This document shows positions 41,701 to 55,000 of a stretch of DNA of 64,000 nt, piece after piece. A program made the translations under genes and the position numbers. The notes beneath the pieces were generated by a model. It searched no databases. It worked only from the letters and a program-made list of their open reading frames with translations, and was not told where the DNA came from. The DNA lies in the NCBI GenBank assembly GCA_964016885.1, contig OZ024743.1:141050001-141114000 (forward strand), read 5' to 3'. This DNA comes from Eledone cirrhosa (taxonomy: Eukaryota). Within the stretch, counting starts at the first letter, position 1. Each line of letters begins with the position of its first letter.

Positions 41701-44700
41701 CCAAACACCAAGCTCCAAGCACCAAACACCAATCACCAAGCACCAAGCACCAAGCACCAAACACCAAACACCAAGCTCCAAGCACCAAACACCAAACACC
41801 AAGCACCAAGCACCAAGCACCAAACACCAATCACCAAGCACCAAGCACCAAACCCCAAGCACCAAACACCAAGCACCAATCACCAAACACCAAACACCAA
41901 GAACCAAGCACCAAGCACCAAACCCCAAGCACCAAACACCAAGCACCAATCACCAAAGTCCGAACACCAAGAACCAAGCACCAAGCACCAAACACCAAGC
42001 ACCAAGCACCAAGCACCAAGCACCAAGCACCAAACACCAAGCACCAAGTACCACACACCAAACACCAAGCACCAAGCACCAAACACCAAACACCAAACAC
42101 CAGGCACCAAGCACCAATCACCAAGCACCAAGCAAAAACACAAAGCACCAAGCACCAAGCACCAAACACCAAACACCAAACACCAAGCCCAAATCACCAA
42201 AGAGCAAAAACAAAACACCAAGCACCAAACACCAAACACCAAGCACCAAACACCAAACACCAAACACCAAACACCAAACAGCAAACACCAAACACCAAAT
42301 AGCAAAAACCAAAGAGCAAACTCCAAGCACCAAACAGCAAACACAAAACACCAAACAGCAAACAGCAAACAGCAAACTCCAAACACCAAACACCAAGCAC
42401 CAAGCACCAAATCCCAAGCACCAAACACCAAGCACCAATCACCAAACACCAAGCACCAAGCACCAAACACCAAACACCAAGCACCAAGTACCAAACACCA
42501 AACACCAAGCACCAAACACTAAACAGCAAACGCAAAAAAGCAAATGCCAAACCCCAAACGCCAAACAGCAAACGCCCAGCACCAAACACCAAACACCAAG
42601 CGCCAAGCACCAAACACCAAACACCAAGCACCAAGCACCAAACACCAAACACCAAGCACAAATCACCAAACACCAAACACCAAGCGCCAAACATCAAACA
42701 CCAAACACCTAGCACCAAGCACCAAGCACCAAACACCAAGCACCAAACACCAAGCACCAAGCACCAAGCACCAAGCACCAAGCACCAAACACCAATCACC
42801 AAGCCCCAAGCATCAAACACCAAGCACCCAGCACCAAACACCAAACACCAAGCACCAAGCACCCAGAACAAAGCACCAAGCACCAAACACCAAACACCAA
42901 GCTCCAAGCACCAATCACCAAACACCAAGCACCAAGCACCAAGCACCAAACACCAAACACCAAGCACCAAGCACCAAACACCAAACACCAAGCACCAATC
43001 ACCAAACACCAAGCCCCAAGCGCCAAACACCAAACACCAAACACCTAGCACCAAGCACCAAGCACCGAACACCAAGCACCAAACACCAAGCACCAAGCAC
43101 CAAGCACCAAGCACCAAGCACCAAACACCAATCACCAAGCCCCAAGCACCAAACACCAAGCACCAAGCACCAAACACCAAACACCAAGCACCAAGCACCC
43201 AGAACCAAACAGCAAACACCAAACACCAAACACCAAACACCAAACAGCAAACACCAAACAGCAAACACCAAACAGCAAACAGCAAACAAGCACCAAGCAC
43301 CAAACACCAAGCACCAAGCACCAAACAACAACACCAAGCACCAAGCACCAAACACCAAGCGCCAAGCACCAAACACCAAACACCAAGCTCCAAGCACCAA
43401 ACACCATACACCAAGCACCAAGCACCAAACACCAATCACCAAGCACCAAGCACCAAACCCCAAGCACCAAACACCAAGCACCAATCACCAAACACCAAAC
43501 ACCCAGCACCAAGCACCAAACACCAAGCACCAAGCACCAAGCACCAAACACCAAGCACCAAGTACCAAACACCAAACACCAAGCACCAAGTACCAAACAC
43601 CAAACACCAAGCACCAAGCACCAAACACCAAACACCAAGCACCAAGCACCAAACACCAAACACCAGGCTCCAAGCACAAAACACCAAGCACCAAGCACCA
43701 AGCAGCAAACACCAAACACCAAGCACCAAACACCAAGCACCAAGCCCCAAGCACCAAACACCAAGCACCAAGCACCAAACACCAAGCACCAAGCACCAAG
43801 CACCATGCACCAAACACCAAGCACCAAGCACCAAACAGCAAACACCAAACAGCAAACACCAAACAGCAAACACCAAACAGCAAACACCAAACACCAAGCA
43901 CCAAGCACCAAACACCATACGCCAAACAGCAAACACCAAGCACCAAGCACCAAACACCAAGCACCAAGCACCAAAGACCAAACACCAAGCACCAAGCACG
44001 AAACACCAAGCACCAAGCACCGAGCACCAAACACCAAACACCAAACACCAAGCACCAAGCACCAAACACCAAACACCAAGAACCAAGCACCAAACACCAA
44101 ATACCAAGCACCAAGCACTAAACACCAAACACCAAGCACCAAACACCAAGCACCAAGCACCAAGCACCAAGCACAAAACACCAAGTACCAAGCACCAAGC
44201 ACCAAACACCAAACACCAAACACCAAGCACCAAGCACCAAGCACCAAACACCAAACACCAAGCACCAAGCACCAGAGACCAAGCACCAAGCACCAAGGAC
44301 CAAACACCAAACACCAAACACCAGGCACAAAGCACCAAACACCAAGCACCAAGCACCAAACACCAAAGACCAAGCACAAAGCACCAAAGAGCAAAAACAA
44401 AGCACCAAGCACCAAACACCAAACACCAAACACCAAACAGCAAACACCAAACACCAAATAGCAAACACCAAAGGGCAAACTCCAAACACCAAACAGCAAA
44501 CACAAAACACCAAACAGCAAACAACAAACAGCAAACAGCAAACAGCAAACAGCAAACAGCAAACACCAAACACCAAGCATCAAGCACCAAGCACCAAACA
44601 CCAACACCAAGCACCAAGCACCAAACACCAAGCACCAAGCACCAAACACCAAACACCAAGCTCCAAGCACCAAAAAAAAAAAACACCAAGCACCAAACCC

Positions 44701-46050
44701 CAAGCACCAAACACCAAGCACAAAACACCAAGCACCAAGCACCAAACACCAAACATCAAACAGCAATCACCAAACATCAAACAGCAAACACCAAACACCA
44801 AACACCAAACATTAAACACCAAACAGCAAACAACAAACAACAAACGCCAAACATCAAACGCCAAACACCAAACGCCAAATAGCAAACACCAAACCGCAAA
44901 CACCAAACACCAAACAGCAAACACCAAACAGCGAACTCCAAACAGCAAACACCAAACAGCAAACAGCAAACAGCAAACACCAAACACCAAACACCAAGCA
45001 CCAAACTCCAAACACCAAGCACCAAGCACCAAGCACAAAACACCAAGCACCAAGCGCTAAACATAAAACACTAAGCACCAAGCACCATGCACCAAGCACC
45101 AAACACCAAACATCAAACACCAATCACCAAACATCAAACAGCAAACACCAAACACCAAACACCAAACATCAAACACCAAATAGCAAACAACAAACAACAA
45201 ACGCCAAACATCAAACGCCAAACACAAACACCAAATAGCAAACACCAAACCGCAAACACCAAACTCCAAACAGCAAACACCAAACACCAAACAGCGAACA
45301 CCAAACAGCAAACACCAAACAGCAAACACCAAACACCAAGCACCAAACACCAAACACCAAGCACGAAGCACCAAGCACAAAACACCAAGCACCAAGCACC
45401 AAACACCAAGCACCAAACACCAAACACCAAGCACCAAGCGCCAAACACCAAGCACCAAGCACCAAGCACGAAACACCAAGCACCAATCACCAAACACCAA
45501 ACACCAAGCACCAAACACCAAACAGCAAACACCAATCACCAAACACCAAACACCAAACACCAAACAGTAAACACCAAACACCAAACAGCAAACACCAAAC
45601 ACCAAACACCAAACAGCAAACACCAAACACCAAACACCAAACAGCAAACACCAAACAAACAGCAAACAGCAAACACCAAGCAGCAAACACCAAACAGCAA
45701 ACACCATACACCAAACACCAAATAGCAAACACCAAACAGCAAACACCAAACAGCAAACACCAAACAGCAAACACTAGACAGCAAACAGCAAACACCAAAC
45801 ACCAAACACCAAGCACCAAGCACCAAACACCAAGCACCAAGCACCAAGCACCAATCACCAAGCACCAAGCACTAAACATCAAACACCAAGCACCAAGCAC
45901 CAAGCACCAAACAGCAAGCACCAAGCAACATGCACCAAACGCCAAGCACCAAGCACCAAACACCAAGCACCAAGCACCAAGCACCAAACACCAAGCACCA
46001 AAGACCAAGCACCAAATACCAAGCACCAAGCACCAAACACCAATCACCAA
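38800..46050 (+). repeat. Duplication with offset ~4466 bp (638 monomers): ~38800-41620 recurs at ~43250-46050
   Basis: ORF pairs 39019/43485 and 39339/43805 (4466). GGGCAAA at 40007/44473, poly-A at 40206/44672, and the CAACAA 6-mer at 38860/43326. Confidence 0.92.
40206..40218 (+). repeat. Poly-A13 interruption (paralogues A12 at 44672-44683 and A12 at 59757-59768)
   Basis: All three occur in the same context, GCTCCAAGCACC-(A)n-CACCAAGCACCAAACCCCAAG. These are the only long homopolymers in the window. Confidence 0.95.
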
Positions 46051-49000
46051 GCACCAAGCACCAAACACCAAGAACCAAGCACCAATCACTAAACACCAAA
46101 CACCAAGCACCAAGCACCAAACACCAAACACCAAGCACCAAGTACCAAACACCAAACACCAAACACCAAGCACCAAGCACCAAATCCCAAGCACCAAACA
46201 CCAAGCACCAAGCACCAAACACCAAACACCAAGCACGAAGCACCAAGCATCAAATACCAAACACCAAACACCAAGCACCACACATCAAACACCAAGCACG
46301 AAGCACCAATCGCCAAGCACCAAGCACCAAGCAATAAACACAAAGCACCAAGCACCAAGCACCAAGCACCAAGCACCAAACACCAAGCACCAAGCACCCA
46401 ACACCAAACACCAATCACCAAGCACCAAAGAGCAAACACGAAGCCCCAAGCACCAAACACCCAACACCAAACACCAAACATCAAACACCAATCACGAATC
46501 ACAAAACACCAAACACCAAACATCAAACACCAATCACGAATCACCAAGCACCAAACACCAAACACCAAGCCCCAAGCACCAAGCACCAAACACCAAACAC
46601 CAAGCACCAAGCACTAAACACCAAACACCAAGCACCAAGCACCAAGCACCAAGCACCAAGCACCAAACACCAAGCACCAAGCACCAACCACCAAGCACCA
46701 AACACCAAACACCAAGCACCAAGCACTAAACACCAAACACCAAGCACCAAGCACCAAGCACCAAGCACCAAGCACCAAACACCAAGCACCAAGCACCAAC
46801 CACCAAGCACCAAGCACCAAGCACCAAACACCAAGCACGAAGCACCAATCGCCAAGCACCAAGCACCAAGCAATAAACACAAAGCACCAAGCACCAAGCA
46901 CCAAGCACCAAGCACCAAACACCAAGCACCAAGCACCCAACACCAAACACCAATCACCAAGCACCAAAGAGCAAACACGAAGCCCCAAGCACCAAACACC
47001 CAACACCAAGCACCAAGCACCAAACACCAAGCACCAAGCACCAAACACCAAACACCAAGCACCAAACACCAAGCACCAAACAGCAAGCACCAAGCACCAA
47101 GCACCAGACACCAAGCACCAAGCACCAAACACCAAACACCAAGCACCAAGCACTAAACACCAAACACCAAGCACCAAGCACCAAGCACCAAGCACCAAGC
47201 ACCAAACACCAAGCACCAAGCACCAACCACCAAGCACCAAGCACCAAGCACCAAACACCAAGCACCAAGCACCAAACAGCAAACACCAAGCACCAAACAC
47301 CAAACACCAAGCACCAAGCACCAAACACCAAACACCAAACACCAAGCACCAAGCCCCAAGCACCAAACACCAAGCACCAAGCACCAAACACCAAGCACGA
47401 AGCACCAAGCACCATGCACCAAACACCAAGCACCAAGCACCAAACAGCAAACACCAAACAGCAAACACCAAACACCAAACACCAAGCAGCAAACACCAAA
47501 CACCAAACACCAAACAGCAAACACCAAACAGCAAACACCAAACAGCAAACACCAAACACCAAACACCAAACAGCAAATGCCAAAAAGCAAACGCCAAACC
47601 CCAAACGCCAAACAGCAAATGCCAAACCCCAAACGCCAAACAGCAAACGCCAAGCGCCAAACGCCAAACACCAAGTGCCAAGCACCAAACACCAAACACC
47701 AAGCACCAAGCACCAAGCACCAAACACCAAACACCAAGCACCAAGTACCAAACACCAAACACCAAGCACCAAACACCAAACAGCAAACGCCAAAAAGCAA
47801 ACGCCAAACCCCATACGCCAAACAGCAAATGCCAAACCCCAAACGCCAAACAGCAAACGCCAAGCACCAAACACCAAACACCAAGCGCCAAGCACCAAAC
47901 ACCAAACACCAAGCACCAAGCACCAAACACCAAACACCAAGCACCAATCACCAAACACCAAACACCAAGCGCCAATCACCAAACACCAAACACCTAGCAC
48001 CAAGCACCAAGCACCAAACACCAAGTACCAAACACCAATCACCAAGCCCCAAGCACCAAACACCAAGCGCCAAGCACCAAACACCAAACACCAAGCACCA
48101 AGCACCCAGAACCAAGCACCAAGCACCAAACACCAAGCACCAAACACCGAGCACCAAACACCAAGAACCAAGCACCAAGCTCTAAACACCAAACACCAAA
48201 CACCAAACACCAAACAGCAAATGCCAAAAAGCAAACGCCAAACCCCAAACCCCAAACGCCAAACAGCAAACGCCAAGCGCCAAACGCCAAACACCAAGCG
48301 CCAAGCACCAAACACCAAACACCAAGCACCAAGCACCAAACACCAAACACCAAGCACCAAGTACCAAACACCAAACACCAAGCACCAAACACCAAACAGC
48401 AAACGCCAAAAAGAAAACGCCAAACCCCATACGCCAAACAGCAAATGCCAAACCCCAAACGCCAAACAGCAAACGCCAAGCACCGAACACCAAACACCAA
48501 GCGCCAAGCACCAAACACCAAACACCAAGCACCAAGCACCAAACACCAAACACCAAGCACCAATCACCAAACACCAAGCACCAAGCGCCAAGCACCAAAC
48601 ACCAAACACCTAGCACCAAGCACCAAGCACCAAACACCAAGTACCAAACACCAATCACCAAGTCCCAAGCACCAAACACCAAGCACCAAGCACCAAACAC
48701 CAAACACCAAGCACCAAGCACCCAGAACCAAGCACCAAGCACCAAACACCAAGCACCAAGCACCGAGCACCAAACACCAAGAACCAAGCACCAAGCACTA
48801 AACACCAAACACCAAACACCAAGCGCCAAGCACCAAACACCAAACACCAAGCACCAAGCACCAAACACCAAACACCAAACACCAAACACCAAATAGCAAA
48901 CACCAAACAGCAAACACCAAACAGCAAACACCAAACAGCAAACACCAGACAGCAAACAGCAAACACCAAACACCAAACACCAAGCACCAAGCACCAAACA

Positions 49001-52000
49001 CCAAGCACCAAGCACCAAGCACCAATCACCAAGCACCAAGCACTAAACACCAAACACCAAGCACCAAGCACCAAGCACCAAACAGCAAGCACCAAGCACC
49101 ATGCACCAAACGCCAAGCACCAAGCACCAAACACCAAGCACCAAGCACCAAGCACCAAACACCAAGCACCAAAGACCAAGCACCAAATACCAAGCACCAA
49201 TCACCAAGCACCAAAGAGCAAACACGAAGCCCCAAGCACCAAACACCCAACACCAAACACCAAACATCAAACACCAATCACGAATCACAAAACACCAAAC
49301 ACCAAACATCATACACCAATCACGAATCACCAAGCACCAAACACCAAACACCAAGCACCAAGCACCAAGCACCAAACACCAAACACCAAGCACCAAGCAC
49401 TAAACACCAAACACCAAGCACCAAGCACCAAGCACCAAACACCAAGCACCAAGCACCAAGCACCAAACACCAAGCACCAAGCACCAAACACCAAACACCA
49501 AGCACCAAACACCAAGCACCAAACAGCAAGCACCAAGCACCAAGCAGTAGACACCAAGCACCAAGCACCAAACACCAAACACCAAGCACCAAGCACTAAA
49601 CACCAAACACCAAGCACCAAGCACCAAGCACCAAGCACCAAGCACCAAACACCAAGCACCAAGCACCAAGCACCAAGCACCAAGCACCAAGCACCAAACA
49701 CCAAGCACCAAGCACCAAACAGCAAACACCAAGCACCAAACACCAAACACCAAGCACCAAGCACCAAACACCAAACACCAAACACCAAGCACCAAGCCCC
49801 AAGCACCAAACACCAAGCACCAAGCACCAAACACCAAGCACGAAGCACCAAGCACCATGCACCAAACACCAAGCACCAAGCACCAAACAGCAAACACCAA
49901 ACAGCAAACACCAAACACCAAACACCAACCAGCAAACACCAAACACCAAACACCAAACAGCAAACACCAAACAGCAAACACCAAACAGCAAACACCAAAC
50001 ACCAAACACCAAACAGCAAATGCCAAAAAGCAAACGCCAAACCCCAAACGCCAAACAGCAAATGCCAAACCCCAAACGCCAAACAGCAAACGCCAAGCGC
50101 CAACCGCCAAACACCAAGTGCCAAGCACCAAACACCAAACACGAAGCACCAAGCACCAAGCACCAAACACCAAACACCAAGCACCAAGTACCAAACACCA
50201 AACACCAAGCACCAAACACCAAACAGCAAACGCCAAAAAGCAAACGCCAAACCCCATACGCCAAACAGCAAATGCCAAACCCCAAACGCCAAACAGCAAA
50301 CGCCAAGCACCAAACACCAAACACCAAGCGCCAAGCACCAAACACCAAACACCAAGCACCAAGCACCAAACACCAAACACCAAGCACCAATCACCAAACA
50401 CCAAGCACCAAGCGCCAATCACCAAACACCAAACACCTAGCACCAAGCACCAAGCACCAAACACCAAGTACCAAACACCAATCACCAAGCCCCAAGCACC
50501 AAACACCAAGCGCCAAGTACCAAACACCAAACACCAAGCACCAAGCACCCAGAACCAAGCACCAAGCACCAAACACCAAACACCAAGCACCGAGCACCAA
50601 ACACCAAGAACCAAGCACCAAGCTCTAAACACCAAACACCAAACACCAAACACCAAACAGCAAATGCCAAAAAGCAAACGCCAAACCCCAAACCCCAAAC
50701 GCCAAACAGCAAACGCCAAGCGCCAAACGCCAAACACCAAGCGCCAAGCACCAAACACCAAACACCAAGCACCAAGCACCAAACACCAAACACCAAGCAC
50801 CAAGTACCAAACACCAAACACCAAGCACCAAACACCAAACAGCAAACGCCAAAACGAAAACGCCAAACCCCATACGCCAAACAGCAAATGCCAAACCCCA
50901 AACGCCAAACAGCAAACGCCAAGCACCGAACACCAAACACCAAGCGCCAAGCACCAAACACCAAACACCATGCACCAAGCACCAAACACCAAACACCAAG
51001 CACCAATCACCAAACACCAAGCACCAAGCGCCAAGCACCAAACACCAAACACCTAGCACCAAGCACCAAGCACCAAACACCAAGTACCAAACACCAATCA
51101 CCAAGTCCCAAGCACCAAACACCAAGCACCAAGCACCAAACACCAAACACCAAGCACCAAGCACCCAGAACCAAGCACCAAGCACCAAACACCAAGCACC
51201 AAGCACCGAGCACCAAACACCAAGAACCAAGCACCAAGCACTAAACACCAAACACCAAACACCAAGCGCCAAGCACCAAACACCAAACACCAAGCACCAA
51301 GCACCAAACACCAAACACCAAGCACAAATCACCAAACACCAAACACCAAGCACCAAGCACCCAGAACCAAGCACCAAGCACCAAACACCAAGCACCAAGC
51401 ACCGAGCACCAAACACCAAGAACCAAGCACCAAGCACTAAACACCAAACACCAAACACCAAGCGCCAAGCACCAAACACCAAACACCAAACACCAAGCAC
51501 CAAGCACCAAGCACCAAACACCAAACACCAAGCACCAAGCACTAAACACCAAACACCAAGCACCAAGCACCAAGCACCAAACACCAAGCACCAAGCACCA
51601 AGCACCAAACACCAAGCACCAAGCACCAAACACCAAACACCAAGCACCAAACACCAAGCACCAAACAGCAACCACCAAGCACCAAGCACCAGACACCAAG
51701 CACCAAGCACCAAACACCAAACACCAAGCACCAAGCACTAAACACCAAACACCAAGCACCAAACACCAAGCACCAAGCACCAAGCACCAAACACCAAGCA
51801 CCAAGCACCAAGCACCAAGCACCAAGCACCAAGCACCAAACACCAAGCACCAACCACTAAACAGCAAACACCAAGCACCAAACACCAAACACCAAGCACC
51901 AAGCACCAAACACCAAACACAAAACACCAAGCACCAAGCCCCAAGCACCAAACACCAAGCACCAAGCACCAAACACCAAGCACGAAGCACCAAGCACCAT

Positions 52001-55000
52001 GCACCAAACACCAAGCACCAAGCACCAAACAGCAAACACCAAACAGCAAACACCAAACACCAAACACCAACCAGCAAACACCAAACACCAAACAACAAAC
52101 AGCAAACACCAAACAGCAAACACCAAACAGCAAACACCAAACACCAAACACCAAACAGCAAATGCCAAAAAGCAAACGCCAAACCCCAAACGCCAAACAG
52201 CAAATGCCAAACCCCAAACGCCAAACAGCAAACGCCAAGCGCCAAACGCCAAACACCAAGTGCCAAGCACCAAACACCAAACACCAAGCACCAAGCACCA
52301 AGCACCAAACACCAAACACCAAGCACCAAGTACCAAACACCAAACACCAAGCACCAAACACCAAACAGCAAATGCCAAAAAGCAAACGCCAAACCCCAAA
52401 CGCCAAACAGCAAATGCCAAACCCCAAACGCCAAACAGCAAACGCCAAGCGCCAAACGCCAAACACCAAGTGCCAAGCACGAAACACCAAACACCAAGCA
52501 CCAAGCACCAAGCACCAAACACCAAACACCAAGCACCAAGTACCAAACACCAAACACCAAGCACCAAACACCAAACAGCAAACGTCAAAAAGCAAACGCC
52601 AAACCCCATACGCCAAACAGCAAATGCCAAACCCCAAACGCCAAACAGCAAACGCCAAGCACCAAACAACAAACAACAAGCGCCAAGCACCAAACACCAA
52701 ACACCAAGCACCAAGCACCAAACACCAAACACCAAGCACCAATCACCAAACACCAAGCACCAAGCGCCAATCACCAAACACCAAACACCTAGCACCAAGC
52801 ACCAAGCACCAAACACCAAGTACCAAACACCAATCACCAAGCCCCAAGCACCAAACACCAAGCGCCAAGCACCAAACACCAAACACCAAGCACCAAGCAC
52901 CCAGAACCAAGCACCAAGCACCAAACACCAAGCACCAAGCACCGAGCACCAAACACCAAGAACCAAGCACCAAGCTCTAAACACCAAACACCAAACACCA
53001 AACACCAAACAGCAAATGCCAAAAAGCAAACGCCAAACCCCAAACCCCAAACGCCAAACAGCAAACGCCATGCGCCAAACGCCAAACACCAAGCGCCAAG
53101 CACCAAACACCAAACACCAAGCACCAAGCACCAAACACCAAACACCAAGCACCAAGTACCAAACACCAAACACCAAGCACCAAACACCAAACAGCAAACG
53201 CCAAAAAGAAAACGCCAAACCCCATACGCCAAACAGCAAATGCCAAAACCCAAACGCCAAACAGCAAACGCCAAGCACCGAACACCAAACACCAAGCGCC
53301 AAGCACCAAACACCAAACACCAAGCACCAAGCACCAAACACCAAACACCAAGCACCAATCACCAAACACCAAGCAGCAAGCGCCAAGCACCAAACACCAA
53401 ACACCTAGCACCAAGCACCAAGCACCAAACACCAAGTACCAAACACCAATCACCAAGTCCCAAGCACCAAACACCAAGCACCAAGCACCAAACACCAAAC
53501 ACCAAGCACCAAGCACCCAGAACCAAGCACCAAGCACCAAACACCAAGCACCAAGCACCGAGCACCAAACACCAAGAACCAAGCACCAAGCACTAAACAC
53601 CAAACACCAAACACCAAGCGCCAAGCACCAAACACCAAACACCAAGCACCAAGCACCAAACACCAAACACCAAGCACAAATCACCAAACACCAAACACCA
53701 AGCACCAAGCACCCAGAACCAAGCACCAAGCACCAAACACCAAGCACCAAGCACCGAGCACCAAACACCAAGAACCAAGCACCAAGCACTAAACACCAAA
53801 CACCAAACACCAAGCGCCAAGCACCAAACACCAAACACCAAACACCAAGCACCAAGCACCAAGCACCAAACACCAAACACCAAGCACCAAGCACTAAACA
53901 CCAAACACCAAGCACCAAGCACCAAGCACCAAACACCAAGCACCAAGCACCAAGCACCAAACACCAAGCACCAAGCACCAAACACCAAACACCAAGCACC
54001 AAACACCAAGCACCAAACAGCAAGCACCAAGCACCAAGCACCAGACACCAAGCACCAAGCACCAAACACCAAACACCAAGCACTAAACACCAAACACCAA
54101 GCACCAAGCACCAAGCACCAAGCACCAAACACCAAGCACCAAGCACCAAGCACCAAGCACCAAGCACCAAGCACCAAACACCAAGCACCAAGCACCAAAC
54201 AGCAAACACCAAGCACCAAACACCAAACACCAAGCACCAAGCACCAAGCACCAAGCCCCAAGCACCAAACACCAAGCACCAAGCACCAAACACCAAGCAC
54301 GAAGCACCAAGCACCATGCACCAAACACCAAGCACCAAGCACCAAACAGCAAACACCAAACAGCAAACACCAAACACCAAACACCAACCAGCAAACACCA
54401 AACACCAAACACCAAACAGCAAACACCAAACAGCAAACACCAAACAGCAAACACCAAACACCAAACACCAAACAGCAAATGCCAAAAAGCAAACGCCAAA
54501 CCCCAAACGCCAAACAGCAAATGCCAAACCCCAAACGCCAAACAGCAAACGCCAAGCGCCAAACGCCAAACACCAAGTGCCATGCACCAAACACCAAACA
54601 CCAAGCACCAAGCACCAAGCACCAAACACCAAACACCAAGCACCAAGTACCAAACACCAAACACCAAGCACCAAACACCAAACAGCAAACGCCAAAAAGC
54701 AAACGCCAAACCCCATACGCCAAACAGCAAATGCCAAACCCCAAACGCCAAACAGCAAACGCCAAGCACCAAACACCAAACACCAAGCGCCAAGCACCAA
54801 ACACCAAACACCAAGCACCAAGCACCAAACACCAAACACCAAGCACCAATCACCAAACACCAAGCACCAAGCGCCAATCACCAAACACCAAACACCTAGC
54901 ACCAAGCACCAAGCACCAAACACCAAGTACCAAACACCAATCACCAAGCCCCAAGCACCAAACACCAAGCGCCAAGCACCAAACACCAAACACCAAGCAC

